A stretch of DNA of 58,928 nucleotides from a virus (IMGVR_UViG_3300025872_000063:1-58928), one strand, 5' to 3'. Positions 32,608 to 42,106 are shown, counted from the first letter of the stretch. Numbers and translations are program-made. Notes: generated from the sequence alone by a model not told the origin.

Positions 32608-34404
32608 ATGGGACACTACAACTTTAGGAGCACGAAGACTGCTCACTCCACATCGCATCCCGAGTGGCTCGCTGTCAGTGCAGCTATCGGACGCATGGTC
32701 AACTTCTGGTCTGGACGCTACGATGTCGCAGCGTTCGCTGGCCCCGGAGCTGGCGAGGGTCATCCAGCCTTCTTCAATCCGAACACCAGCGAGGTCGAGG
32801 TCAACATTGAGAAGTGCTTTGGGCCGGCAACGACTCCCGCAGAGGTTGCGAACATCGATCAGCGATCGGTGCAGTTTGAATGGCCTCGGGCGACCGGCGC
32901 GATTCTTCACGAGTCGTTGCACGCGCGCTATTCGTTCTGGAGCCTCATCGAGGCGCACGACACCCTGACTCCCGCCGAGTTCAACGCTCTCGTTCTTCTC
33001 GAGGAGGGACGAATTGAAGCTCTCGGCATCAAGGCGCTCCCCGGCAACGAACTCTTTCTTCGGACGATGGCGCTCGAGATCGTCCTTGACTCGTTCAAGG
33101 ACATCAACTCGCCATCGGACACGGTGCTCGCAGGCAACATTGCAGCTCTCTCGCTTGCCCGAGTCGACGCCGGCGTACTGACTGACGACGACGTTGCGTC
33201 CATCCGTGATCTCATCTCGGAGAAGCTCGGCGAATCGACGCTCGAGGCTCTCCGTGAGCTCTGGCTGCAGGCTCAGTCGCACAACGACGCGTCGTCCGCC
33301 GAGCCGCTCTACGAGATCGCCCGTGAGTGGGTGCGTGTCATCAACAGCGCGGCTGTCGAGAATGGCGAGCCCGACCCGGGCGCCGGCCAGGACGACGCCG
33401 ACGAGCTCATGTTCAGTCGATTCGGTGAACTGCTCGGTGACATGCTCGACACGGCAGCGGCTGACGTAAGCATCGCAGTGTTCGATGATCTTGCCGACCA
33501 GCAGATGTCCGAGGAATGGAAGAAGGTTGCCAGCGACAAGGCGTCGCAAGCCAAGGACCGCAAGGACGCCGAGAAGATCGCCAGCGACGTCTTCAGCAAG
33601 GGCACGCAAGAGATGCAGACTTCGAAGTCTGGCAGCTCCGTGATCTCATCTCGTGCGCCTAGTGGCGACGAGCGTGCCGCTGCTGTCATCATTGCAAGGC
33701 AGCTCGACAAGGCGAAGTATCGCGATCGCGACGCGACCGAGATCTCGTCGGTCGTTCCTCCCGGTCGACTGCGCACTCGAGCTGCGATGCAGGCCGAGGC
33801 CCTCAAGTCGAAAGGCGCGATGGCCACGGCCGAGCCATGGCGGCGCACCGTCCGCAAGCACACTGACGACCCGACACTTTCCATCGGCGTGATGGTCGAC
33901 ATCAGCGGTTCGATGGGTGATGCGATGCAGCCGATGGCTGTCGCCGCCTGGGCGCTCAGCGAGGCTGTCCGTCGAGTACAGGGCCGCGCCGCGATGGTGT
34001 ACTACGGTAGCGATGCGTTCCCCACTCTCAAGCCGGGACAGCACCTCAGCAAGGTGACCGTGTGGTCTGCGCCTGACGGAACCGAGAAGTTCGATCTCGC
34101 GTTCAAGGCAGTCAACGGTTCTCTCAATCTTCTGTGGGGCACCGGCGCCCGGCTTCTTGTCGTGGTCAGCGACGGATGCTACACGTCGGCAGAGCAGGGT
34201 GCTGCTCGCCAGGCGATGCAGCAGTGCCAGTCGGCTGGTGTCGGAGTTCTCTGGCTCAACTTCAGCGCCTACGGCAATGACGTCAGTCGAATTGTCAAAG
34301 GTACGAACACCGAGGTTGTCTACGTCAAAGGCAGCATCTCGGATGCAGCGACCGCGATTGGCTCGGCTGCAGCGAAGGCATTGACCTCCGCTGCCGCCAG
34401 CTGA
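32608..34404 (+). CDS. vWA-domain protein with N-terminal HExxH metallopeptidase-like domain (CobT-like MoxR partner)
   Basis: HESLH, LLEEGRIE, MIDAS motif DISGSM, VVSDG. Confidence 0.85.
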   Translation: MGHYNFRSTKTAHSTSHPEWLAVSAAIGRMVNFWSGRYDVAAFAGPGAGEGHPAFFNPNTSEVEVNIEKCFGPATTPAEVANIDQRSVQFEWPRATGAILHESLHARYSFWSLIEAHDTLTPAEFNALVLLEEGRIEALGIKALPGNELFLRTMALEIVLDSFKDINSPSDTVLAGNIAALSLARVDAGVLTDDDVASIRDLISEKLGESTLEALRELWLQAQSHNDASSAEPLYEIAREWVRVINSAAVENGEPDPGAGQDDADELMFSRFGELLGDMLDTAAADVSIAVFDDLADQQMSEEWKKVASDKASQAKDRKDAEKIASDVFSKGTQEMQTSKSGSSVISSRAPSGDERAAAVIIARQLDKAKYRDRDATEISSVVPPGRLRTRAAMQAEALKSKGAMATAEPWRRTVRKHTDDPTLSIGVMVDISGSMGDAMQPMAVAAWALSEAVRRVQGRAAMVYYGSDAFPTLKPGQHLSKVTVWSAPDGTEKFDLAFKAVNGSLNLLWGTGARLLVVVSDGCYTSAEQGAARQAMQQCQSAGVGVLWLNFSAYGNDVSRIVKGTNTEVVYVKGSISDAATAIGSAAAKALTSAAAS

Positions 34405-34414
34405 TTGAAGTTCT

Positions 34415-34460
34415 GGGCCGCTTGAGAGGCGTACGTCCTTTCCGTCTCTCAAGCAGGCCC
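34415..34460 (+). terminator. Hairpin with GTCCTTTC loop
   Basis: GCTTGAGAGGCG / CGTCTCTCAAGC stem after the vWA gene. Confidence 0.6.
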
Positions 34461-34628
34461 GCCTATCGCCGTCGATGCAGACGGGCTTGATTCTGAGTCA
34501 GATATAATGACTGCATGATGATTGCCCGCTGCGCGACACCTACCTTGACTGATATCTGAATTCAGGCCTGGTAAGCGCCGCCGGTGCAGACGGGTCCGCT
34601 TCTACAATAGCTACAGCTGAAAGATCAA

Positions 34629-34787
34629 ATGGGACTCTTCACCACGTACATCGGATATAGACTCGGAAGAAAGAAAGCCGCCGCTGAGATCGAAGACATG
34701 CTCGACGATCGTTGCGAGAATTGCGGACACACGCTCAGTCAGCATTCGCGCGATGGACGCCAGCTCTGCCCGACCTATCCAAACTGA
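34629..34787 (+). CDS. Small Cys/His hypothetical protein
   Basis: MGLFTTY...CENCGH; stop is the TGA of the next promoter element. Confidence 0.5.
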   Translation: MGLFTTYIGYRLGRKKAAAEIEDMLDDRCENCGHTLSQHSRDGRQLCPTYPN

Positions 34788-34818
34788 GACACGTATAGTG
34801 TAATCGAAAGGACACGCC

Positions 34819-34983
34819 ATGAAATACATTGTTCGACGCGCCGTGATCAGTCTGCCCGTCTTCATCTTCTTCGTCCGTCGATTCGACGAGCGAGAACTCG
34901 CACCGTACGCTTCCTGGCTGTGGGCCAGTCTGCTGATCTGGGCGATCTGGACTGCTCTGTCCGCCATCGCTGACCCAAACTGA
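34819..34983 (+). CDS. Small membrane protein
   Basis: GAAAGGAC RBS; two hydrophobic segments; stop inside the next element. Confidence 0.6.
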   Translation: MKYIVRRAVISLPVFIFFVRRFDERELAPYASWLWASLLIWAIWTALSAIADPN

Positions 34984-35004
34984 GATCACTATAGTAGGCG
35001 ACAT

Positions 35005-35118
35005 ATGATTATCGAAACTGATGACTGGCTCGAGCAAGCATACGAAGACAGATTCTCCGTCGACGACAACGATGACGCCTATTTCGACGAACTCGACGAC
35101 GATGATGAATCTGAGTAG
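35005..35118 (+). CDS. Very acidic peptide
   Basis: MIIETDDWLEQAYEDRF...DDDDESE. Confidence 0.5.
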   Translation: MIIETDDWLEQAYEDRFSVDDNDDAYFDELDDDDESE

Positions 35119-35158
35119 AGTATAATGTACTCATCAACCAACGACGAAAGGACACAAG

Positions 35159-35527
35159 ATGGACACCACACAGATGGTCAAGGTTGGCAACTTCGGTGTC
35201 GACAGCGGACAGATCGTGGTCATCGACCCCTGCTATGTGTGGGACGACGACTTCATGCCGAACGGCGACCCGACCGGCGGCCCGTATGACGCCGCCTGCC
35301 GCATCACCCTATCCAAGAAGAACTACGGCGAGATCGAGGGCGGCTTTGTCACCAGTACTCTCTACGGTGACGGAACCTACCCCATCTACGCTGAACTGAA
35401 CGAACTCGGTCAGATCGTCCGCATGATCATCGACTTCGATCCCGACTTGAACTGGGACGATGACGATGAAGATGAAGATGAAGACGAAGACGAAGATGTC
35501 GACGATGATAACAACGAGGATGAGTGA
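35159..35527 (+). CDS. Hypothetical protein (DUF4241-like) with acidic tail
   Basis: VDSGQ..V.DP.Y and YGDG.YP.Y motifs; poly-D/E tail. Confidence 0.7.
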   Translation: MDTTQMVKVGNFGVDSGQIVVIDPCYVWDDDFMPNGDPTGGPYDAACRITLSKKNYGEIEGGFVTSTLYGDGTYPIYAELNELGQIVRMIIDFDPDLNWDDDDEDEDEDEDEDVDDDNNEDE

Positions 35528-35530
35528 CAT

Positions 35531-35743
35531 ATGGCGAAGCCATCGATTCAAGACGCAATTGACATACTCAACAACTACGCCGGCGACGTGATGCTGATTG
35601 GTATCGACAAGGTGGCAGAACATGCAGGGCTCAAGCCGAGGGTCGTTCGCAAGTTTACGATCAACGTGCTCGAGGGCAAGAACGCTGACATTCGAAAGAT
35701 CCTCTTGTCAGTCAAAGCTCTAAAGGAGTCCAATGAAGCTTGA
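35531..35743 (+). CDS. HTH-like small protein (paralog of 48798-49073)
   Basis: GIDKVAEHAGLKPRVVRKF versus GVEKVAAKAGVKPSIVKKF. Confidence 0.6.
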   Translation: MAKPSIQDAIDILNNYAGDVMLIGIDKVAEHAGLKPRVVRKFTINVLEGKNADIRKILLSVKALKESNEA

Positions 35744-35903
35744 TCTCTTCGAGCTCAATGGACTTCCGGAAGCCGCTGTGCGCGAACGCATCGCAAGCCT
35801 TGACACAACAATCAAGCATGGCAACTTTGAACCCGTAGTTCTTCGCGAATACGCGAAGGAACTGAAAGCGCTCGTATGGGCGCTTTCAAAGTATTCTGAG
35901 TAA
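35733..35903 (+). CDS. Hypothetical protein
   Basis: AAGGAG RBS; stop TAA inside the next element. Confidence 0.55.
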   Translation: MKLDLFELNGLPEAAVRERIASLDTTIKHGNFEPVVLREYAKELKALVWALSKYSE

Positions 35904-35938
35904 GTTATAATGTACATACACCGAAGAAAGGACACAAC

Positions 35939-36136
35939 ATGGACCACTCACCTCAGATGACGTACTTTGCCACTGATGGCAACTACGGCGACGCAGAGGG
36001 CATCGTCATCATTGACACGCAAAGCTGGACCGAAGACGAATGGACCATCATCGATGAAACACCAGATCGCCAGCGAGCCAGTGTCGCCCTAAGTCTTTCC
36101 AAGTCAAATGATGACCAGCTGGAGCTGTTCAAGTGA
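35939..36136 (+). CDS. Hypothetical protein
   Basis: Cassette promoter and RBS. Confidence 0.65.
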   Translation: MDHSPQMTYFATDGNYGDAEGIVIIDTQSWTEDEWTIIDETPDRQRASVALSLSKSNDDQLELFK

Positions 36137-36399
36137 CTCAACCTGCAGAAGTATCATTCGAGATGCACAAAGATGGTCGATTCACAGACGACCAGCTTTG
36201 GTATTTCGCCGAAGGTGTCAATGACAAGACCAACGAAGAACTTACAGACATTCAGCGCGCCGAGATCTTTGATCTCCTCAAGGACGAAGCAGTCTGGCTT
36301 GTAAATGATCTCGAGCCGTACTTCAAATTTGAAGTCATGCTCGGTCTAGTTCTCTGGTTACGCGGACACAAAGTGTCGACCATTTCTCCAACCTTCTAA
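36133..36399 (+). CDS. Hypothetical protein
   Basis: Coupled GTGA start. Confidence 0.55.
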   Translation: MTQPAEVSFEMHKDGRFTDDQLWYFAEGVNDKTNEELTDIQRAEIFDLLKDEAVWLVNDLEPYFKFEVMLGLVLWLRGHKVSTISPTF

Positions 36400-36579
36400 C
36401 CTAGAAACTGTGAAGAGTATAATGGTAGACATGGCAAACAACCACACAGTTCACGTTCAGTGCAGTACGGAAACCTGTTTCAGCCTCTGGCTCGAACACG
36501 AGAAGTTGGCAAGAACCACTGACATGTACCCGCTCATGTCGCAAGTTCATTCAAATACAGACAACCGAATCGAGAACGT

Positions 36580-36765
36580 ATGACAGCAAAAGCAATTGTG
36601 CGCATTTCTATTCACCAAACAACTGAGAGCAAGCTCACTGTCACGCACACTGACAACGCAGGCGCGTGTTGGAGCGACATCTCCGATGGTGCTGGCCAAG
36701 TCGTGACTATCTTCTTTCGCTCTGCAGAAGAGCGCGATGAGTTCTGGTTCAATGCCTCAGCTTGA
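36580..36765 (+). CDS. Hypothetical protein
   Basis: Coupled to leaderless ORF 36431-36583. Confidence 0.5.
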   Translation: MTAKAIVRISIHQTTESKLTVTHTDNAGACWSDISDGAGQVVTIFFRSAEERDEFWFNASA

Positions 36766-36816
36766 AACTAAGCTAGGTATAATACACCTGCACGACCAAC
36801 TACGAAAGGACACACA

Positions 36817-37503
36817 ATGCCGAACTGGTGCAACAACAACATCTCAATCAGCGGTCCCAAGGCCGACACCGATGCGTTCTTTGCACGTATCGACCACAAG
36901 GACAACGACATGTCCATCCTGCAAACCTTCCTCCCCATGCCCGAAGTGCTGAATGGCACTGTCTCTCCCACCCCAACCTCTCCTGACCCCCACCCAAACT
37001 GGGCGAACATGGTCGCAGAGGGCACAATGACTCAGGAGCGGTACGATGCACTGTGCGCCGACCAGCGCGAGCGGTACGAGAGAGGGCAGAAGTCCTTCAC
37101 TCAGACTGGCTATTACGACTGGTGGCACTGGCAGAACACCAACTGGGGTGTCAAGTGGGGTGACTCGGACACGTCCATCACTCTGTATGAAGATGGCTCC
37201 ATCTCAGGAACTTTCACCACCCCTTGGGGTCCGCCTATCGAGGGTATCCTTCGCATCTCACTGCAGTTTCCGAACTGCACTTTCTGCATCTCTTGGTATG
37301 AACCTGGAATGTGCATGATTGGCGCAGCACGAATCGTCAACGGCGATATTGTCGATGAAACTGAGATCGGACAGGATGAGTGGCCTTCATGGGACGAACA
37401 GGACGATGGCGCCGCGTATGAGGAAGCCATCGACACGCTGGTAACTCGGTGTTCCGCTGAGATCATGTGGGGCGTCGACAGTAGCTCAGGCAACACAAAC
37501 TGA
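36817..37503 (+). CDS. DUF1281/YubB ferredoxin-like domain protein
   Basis: MPNWCNN, W..W...NWGVKW, F.TPWGPP, YEPGM. Confidence 0.8.
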   Translation: MPNWCNNNISISGPKADTDAFFARIDHKDNDMSILQTFLPMPEVLNGTVSPTPTSPDPHPNWANMVAEGTMTQERYDALCADQRERYERGQKSFTQTGYYDWWHWQNTNWGVKWGDSDTSITLYEDGSISGTFTTPWGPPIEGILRISLQFPNCTFCISWYEPGMCMIGAARIVNGDIVDETEIGQDEWPSWDEQDDGAAYEEAIDTLVTRCSAEIMWGVDSSSGNTN

Positions 37504-37544
37504 GCTTTGTATAATGTAGTTACACGAACGACGAAAGGACAGCA

Positions 37545-37808
37545 ATGAGCACAGCTCCCACGAAGCAACTCGCGAATGACGTACTGGAACTCGTGAGAAA
37601 CAAGTACAACTGCCGTTCCGAGGACAACGGTCCGCGTCTAATCATGGACTTTGATTGGTACAACGATCAGGGATGGCCTACGATCGTCTGGGAAGGTGGC
37701 CCCTACGAGTGGGCTGTCGAGTGCAGCTTCGAACTTCTCGATAGCGTTCCCAGGCCCGTCTGGTTCGAGGCGGCTACGGCCTGGGCTCTCAGCATCTACC
37801 TCAACTGA
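37545..37808 (+). CDS. Hypothetical protein
   Basis: Cassette promoter and RBS; IVWEGGPYEW. Confidence 0.7.
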   Translation: MSTAPTKQLANDVLELVRNKYNCRSEDNGPRLIMDFDWYNDQGWPTIVWEGGPYEWAVECSFELLDSVPRPVWFEAATAWALSIYLN

Positions 37809-37866
37809 GCAAACAACTTTCTAAGAAAGTTATAATACAACTACCAACAACGACAAAGGACACAAC

Positions 37867-38235
37867 ATGAACTCATCTTTCGAAACGTCGCACGGAACAA
37901 TCGTGCTCGTCAACCGTAATCAAGCAACTCACGACGGACGAGGCTATCGTTCGAAGCCGCGAATGTACGTCGGAGGCTGCGACGGCTGGAGCAGGGCAGT
38001 GAAGAACACAGTCAGGAGCATCATCGACGAGAGCGGCGTTCCGCTCGACTTGACTGGCGCTCGCTGGTCGCAGTTCGCCGGGTGCAGCTGTCCGTGCTCT
38101 CCCGGCCTCATCCTGAAGTATCAGGGACTCACCATCGGAGAGGTCATCTACACTCACTACGACGTGTACGTGACCATCAAGGACGCTCCTACGATCGAGC
38201 CGGCACTGCCGTCTCGAGTTCTCGTAGGAGTATGA
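37867..38235 (+). CDS. Hypothetical protein (WSQ.AGCSCPCSPG motif)
   Basis: Cassette promoter and RBS. Confidence 0.7.
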   Translation: MNSSFETSHGTIVLVNRNQATHDGRGYRSKPRMYVGGCDGWSRAVKNTVRSIIDESGVPLDLTGARWSQFAGCSCPCSPGLILKYQGLTIGEVIYTHYDVYVTIKDAPTIEPALPSRVLVGV

Positions 38236-38245
38236 AATCGCGCTT

Positions 38246-38287
38246 GAGCGCGCTCGGCAGTTACTGTCCTTTCGGCCGGGCGCGCTC
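38246..38287 (+). terminator. Hairpin with TGTCCTTTCG loop
   Basis: GAGCGCGCTCGGC / GCCGGGCGCGCTC stem. Confidence 0.6.
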
Positions 38288-38436
38288 GCGCGTTTACTGA
38301 GATCTCTACAATGAAAGGAGTCTCGCCGTACACCAGCGACATGGAAGAAACGCAGGCTCGCTAAGGGAGCCGCGGAATGCAGACGGGTCACTTCTGAGCA
38401 AGTTATAATGTATTCGCAACTACGAAAGGACACCAA

Positions 38437-38691
38437 ATGAACGAGCTCAATATCTCGCTAAACGACTGCTACATTCGAGTCATTCCCCAGTCTGACTGCA
38501 CGACACTCTTTTGGACTGATGGCATCAACGACTGGGAAGAGAACTACCAGACGTCATCCGCAGCTTTCTCGCGCCTGGCATGTCTTCTCGCCTGTGCAGA
38601 TTCCAAGTGGCTTCGCGGATTCAACTACGACGAAGAAAAGCATCAGCTCGCTTGGGCCGAGTTTCTTGACGGCGCTCTCGACAGGGACTGA
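38437..38691 (+). CDS. Hypothetical protein
   Basis: Cassette promoter and RBS. Confidence 0.7.
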   Translation: MNELNISLNDCYIRVIPQSDCTTLFWTDGINDWEENYQTSSAAFSRLACLLACADSKWLRGFNYDEEKHQLAWAEFLDGALDRD

Positions 38692-38742
38692 CACTTCTGA
38701 GCAAGTTATAATGTACCCATCAACGACGAAAGGACAAGGCAA

Positions 38743-38889
38743 GTGGGTATTCAAGATTACGCGCACTGGAACGAAGAAGCTTCGCTGATTTGGTGGCTCG
38801 AGGAAGGTCGTCATCCATATGAACCTGAGTTCTCGGATTTCGACGACGATCCCCGGGATGACTGGGATGACTGGGAAGACGTCGACTAA
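38743..38889 (+). CDS. Acidic peptide
   Basis: GTG start after GAAAGGAC; Asp/Trp-rich. Confidence 0.6.
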   Translation: MGIQDYAHWNEEASLIWWLEEGRHPYEPEFSDFDDDPRDDWDDWEDVD

Positions 38890-38951
38890 TCATCTGCTCC
38901 AGCAGAAACTAAGATTGTTATAATGATCTCACAACAACGAAAGGACACACC

Positions 38952-39254
38952 ATGACAGTCAAGTATCCGCACCTCTCCATCGAGCTCGTTGGCCAGGATG
39001 GCAACGCGTTCTCCATCCTCGGACGCCTGCAAGGCGTGCTTCGCCGTGGCGGCGTACCGAAGGACGAGATCGCTGCTGTGATGGCGGAGGCCCAGTCCGG
39101 CGACTACAGCCACCTGCTGGTCACCGTCATGAACACCGTCTCGGTCGACTCGAGCGACGACGAGGACGACGACCACGACCCGTGGGGCGACGACGAGGCC
39201 GACGACGTGTGGGGCGACTTCTACGACGAAGAATTTGAAGAGGTGCTCGACTGA
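38952..39254 (+). CDS. Conserved hypothetical protein (LVGQDGNAFSILG) with acidic tail
   Basis: Cassette promoter and RBS. Confidence 0.75.
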   Translation: MTVKYPHLSIELVGQDGNAFSILGRLQGVLRRGGVPKDEIAAVMAEAQSGDYSHLLVTVMNTVSVDSSDDEDDDHDPWGDDEADDVWGDFYDEEFEEVLD

Positions 39255-39323
39255 CAACGTCGCGTGACAATGTCAAGATCTGAGTAAGATATAATAATCT
39301 CAACAACAACGAAAGGACACGAC

Positions 39324-39569
39324 ATGAACGATGATTATCCGGAAGATGATTACGACAATGAAGGTGAGATCATCGCCGAGTTCATTATGAGCTGGGTCGC
39401 CGGCGGCGGTCGCGCGAGCGATGCGATGGTGGCCTATCACCAACACAAGGCGATGGCTGCCGGCACCTGGCCGCCCAATGAAGAAGAGGATAGCTCCCCG
39501 CGGTACGGGGACCCCGACTTCGACTATGAAGGTCTTTATCTCTGGGAGATGAATCAAGAAATGTACTGA
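39324..39569 (+). CDS. Acidic hypothetical protein
   Basis: Cassette promoter and RBS. Confidence 0.65.
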   Translation: MNDDYPEDDYDNEGEIIAEFIMSWVAGGGRASDAMVAYHQHKAMAAGTWPPNEEEDSSPRYGDPDFDYEGLYLWEMNQEMY

Positions 39570-39891
39570 CAGCCAGCAAGGCTGACACCTCCTGAGTATG
39601 AGGCTAAACTGCTCGGGACGAACCTATGGCTGTAATGGCAATCGTTCCTTATGAATACAGCCCTCACGACTTTCGCCAGCGGGAGTCGCGCGAATATAAA
39701 GCTGGCAGGGGCATCGATACCCCCAATGTAAACCTGTGGCCCGCAGGCGAGAGTATCGAAGGGTTTATTAGAATCTGCATAGCCCGTCTCAACTATGTAG
39801 AGTGACGCACGCTTTATGAGCATATTGAAAGAGCGTTGGTGTTGCCGACCTGAGCATGTCGACCATAAACTGCTCGGGACAAACCTATGGC
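39570..39891 (+). ncRNA. Candidate pseudoknot-rich structured RNA region
   Basis: Two copies of stem-CTGAG(C/T)AT-stem-TAAACTGCTCGGGAC.AACCTATGGC with covarying stems, enclosing further hairpins and a pseudoknot; no RBS-led ORF. Confidence 0.6.
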
Positions 39892-39956
39892 AGACGGACA
39901 AGGAAATAAGTTCTGAGTTTGATATAATAATCTCAGGAACAACGAAAGGACACACG

Positions 39957-40199
39957 ATGAACATCATGGATTTGAAGAATGCTGTCGATCTCGCACTCGA
40001 GCGGGGAATCGACCCTAACTGCACTGTTGTGCTGGGTCTTGGAGACGTTTCTCAGACCCTCGAGTGGGCCATCTTGGACATGATCGAAGATCCGTCAAAC
40101 CCCGACAACACGTATGAGGGTGTGATTTGGTTCACTCTGTTTCCCGGAGAGGAAGCAGATGGCCGCTTCACTCCATGCCATTGGCCCGCGGATGCGTAA
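39957..40199 (+). CDS. Hypothetical protein
   Basis: Cassette promoter and RBS. Confidence 0.7.
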   Translation: MNIMDLKNAVDLALERGIDPNCTVVLGLGDVSQTLEWAILDMIEDPSNPDNTYEGVIWFTLFPGEEADGRFTPCHWPADA

Positions 40200-40307
40200 G
40201 TGTCCCGTAGAAAGTTCAGGCCTGGAAGGGCGCCAGAATGCAGACGGGCCATCTTCGTCAAGTTCTGAGTAAGTTATAATGCACTAGTACGCAAGAAAGG
40301 ACAGCAG

Positions 40308-40475
40308 ATGAAGTGCAAATGCGCGATGTGCGGACGAGACAACTCCGCCAAACTGGGCAGGGCGTCGTACGCCCGTTCAGGGATCTACACCTCCGAGCAA
40401 AAGTCCAAGGGCGACATCAAGCGCATCGAACGTCGCCTCCGTCGTCGTCGTGAGAACTTCGACCTCTCTTTCTGA
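40308..40475 (+). CDS. Small basic Cys-containing protein
   Basis: MKCKCAMCG...RRLRRRR; stop inside the next element. Confidence 0.6.
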   Translation: MKCKCAMCGRDNSAKLGRASYARSGIYTSEQKSKGDIKRIERRLRRRRENFDLSF

Positions 40476-40493
40476 GAAAGGTATAATGACACC

Positions 40494-40655
40494 ATGATCA
40501 GCTACGAACACAAGGGGGGCGCATGGCTGCTTCCTCTCACTGGAACACGCGACGTCCCGACGTGCCAAGACTGCGAAGAGACCAATGGTCTCGAGTTCGT
40601 GTCCTGGATCGACGCCTACCTCTGCCCTGAATGCCTAGCTAACGAACTTGGCTGA
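40494..40655 (+). CDS. Small zinc-ribbon protein (leaderless)
   Basis: CQDC...CPEC. Confidence 0.6.
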   Translation: MISYEHKGGAWLLPLTGTRDVPTCQDCEETNGLEFVSWIDAYLCPECLANELG

Positions 40656-40711
40656 CCTCATTTGCTTTCTGAGCAAGTTATAATGATCTCACAACGACGA
40701 AGGGACAAGCA

Positions 40712-40867
40712 ATGAACACCATCACCGAGGGTCTGATCTTCAAGGCCCGCTGCACGATCGCAGAGATCGAAGACTGCTTCGATATGAACTCGGCGCTCGA
40801 GCTGATCGACAAGCTCTCCCGTCGCATCAATGAACTGATCGACGAGCTGGAGTCGATCAAGAACTGA
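40712..40867 (+). CDS. Small helical protein
   Basis: Cassette promoter and RBS. Confidence 0.6.
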   Translation: MNTITEGLIFKARCTIAEIEDCFDMNSALELIDKLSRRINELIDELESIKN

Positions 40868-40885
40868 GTAAGTTATAATGTACTC

Positions 40886-41170
40886 ACAACATCAACCGCA
40901 CGAAGAGCGCTTCGGCACCGACGTACGGTAGCAAGTCACAAGACGTTAGACGCAAGCCTCTGGCACGATAAGGCTCTCAGCATCCAAAGCGATACTGCTC
41001 TACGACGACCATGGCGTCGCACCAGTCCCTCCTCACGGATCAGATCCGTCCTCCTCTGTACGCATCCGCCACTCTAATCGTCTTACTCTGCTACCCGACT
41101 GCTCCCCGGCCAAGGAGCAGAACGCCGGGCGTTTCCGGAGACCAGCCGGAGCGTTCTTCATGTGGTTGAT
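40886..41170 (+). ncRNA. Rod-shaped ~285-nt ncRNA, copy 1 (possibly Ms1/6S-like)
   Basis: Own promoter; 26-nt terminal stem 40891-40916/41145-41170 (22 WC, 3 G-U, 1 mismatch); paralog at 43278-43555. Confidence 0.8.
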
Positions 41171-41216
41171 TCTGAGCAAGTTATAATGTACTTACCAACG
41201 AGGAAAGGACAAAGCA

Positions 41217-41384
41217 ATGCCGAGCAACTACCCCGACGGAATGCGCGAGTCGGACATCCCGGGCTGGTGGGACGTGGAGTGCCCGACCTGTGAGGAGGAG
41301 GGGTACACCGACGACTGCCCCACCTGCGAGGGAACTGGCAACATCGACAGTCGCAGCCGGTGGGAGCCGGAATACGACGACTGA
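41217..41384 (+). CDS. Small acidic zinc-ribbon protein
   Basis: CPTC...CPTCEGTG. Confidence 0.65.
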   Translation: MPSNYPDGMRESDIPGWWDVECPTCEEEGYTDDCPTCEGTGNIDSRSRWEPEYDD

Positions 41385-41467
41385 ACTCGGCGCCTCGAGC
41401 GCTGGCCGGCGCCTCGAGCGCTGGCCGGCGCCTCGAGCGCAAGAACTAAGAAAGGTATAATGAGACC

Positions 41468-41737
41468 ATGCTCAAGATCAACGTAACAACTTCCCGTCGA
41501 GATGGCGATTATTCCGATGTCTTCATCCAATATGCGGACGACGACAAGATTCACGCCGGCGCAATACGCAAGACGCTGACTGGCAAGTGGAATACCATCG
41601 TCGACGGAGAACTCTACACCGCTCGGACAAAGTCGGACGCCGTTCTCACGGTTTGCTATCTGACTGGACCGAAGTTCTTTTCTGGCGCAGTCTATAAGTA
41701 CGGTGCTTACACACTTGCACTTCCAAGTTCTGAGTAA
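41468..41737 (+). CDS. Hypothetical protein (leaderless)
   Basis: ATG 7 nt after TATAAT; stop inside the next element. Confidence 0.65.
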   Translation: MLKINVTTSRRDGDYSDVFIQYADDDKIHAGAIRKTLTGKWNTIVDGELYTARTKSDAVLTVCYLTGPKFFSGAVYKYGAYTLALPSSE

Positions 41738-41773
41738 GTTATAATGTACTCACCAACGAGGAAAGGACAAAGC

Positions 41774-41998
41774 ATGGACGAGATGATCGTGATCGACACG
41801 CCGGAGGGCATCGAACACTTCCGCCTCGCGGCGCTCATTGCGGCGCTTCGCATCGAAGTCAAGACTGGAATGGTCGGCCGTATGCCGACCCTGCCAGTCG
41901 CCAGGAGCTACGGCGTGCAGGCCAGGACCAAGAAGAAGGCACTCGAGGAGCTCGAGGGCATCTACATGGTCACCTACGGCAGGCCGTACGGATCGTGA
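41774..41998 (+). CDS. Hypothetical protein
   Basis: Cassette promoter and RBS. Confidence 0.7.
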   Translation: MDEMIVIDTPEGIEHFRLAALIAALRIEVKTGMVGRMPTLPVARSYGVQARTKKKALEELEGIYMVTYGRPYGS

Positions 41999-42106
41999 CC
42001 GCCACGGCGGGCCGGCGCAATGAATGCCGGCCCGCCAGGCGGCGCAATGCAGACGGGCCACTTCTGAGCAAGTTATAATGTACTTACAACGAGGAAAGGA
42101 CACACA

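Noticed and set aside
32581-34452. Long minus-strand ORFs opposite the vWA gene and other GC-rich genes
   Set aside because: Typical antisense open frames of high-GC3 genes, with no RBS or recognisable motifs.
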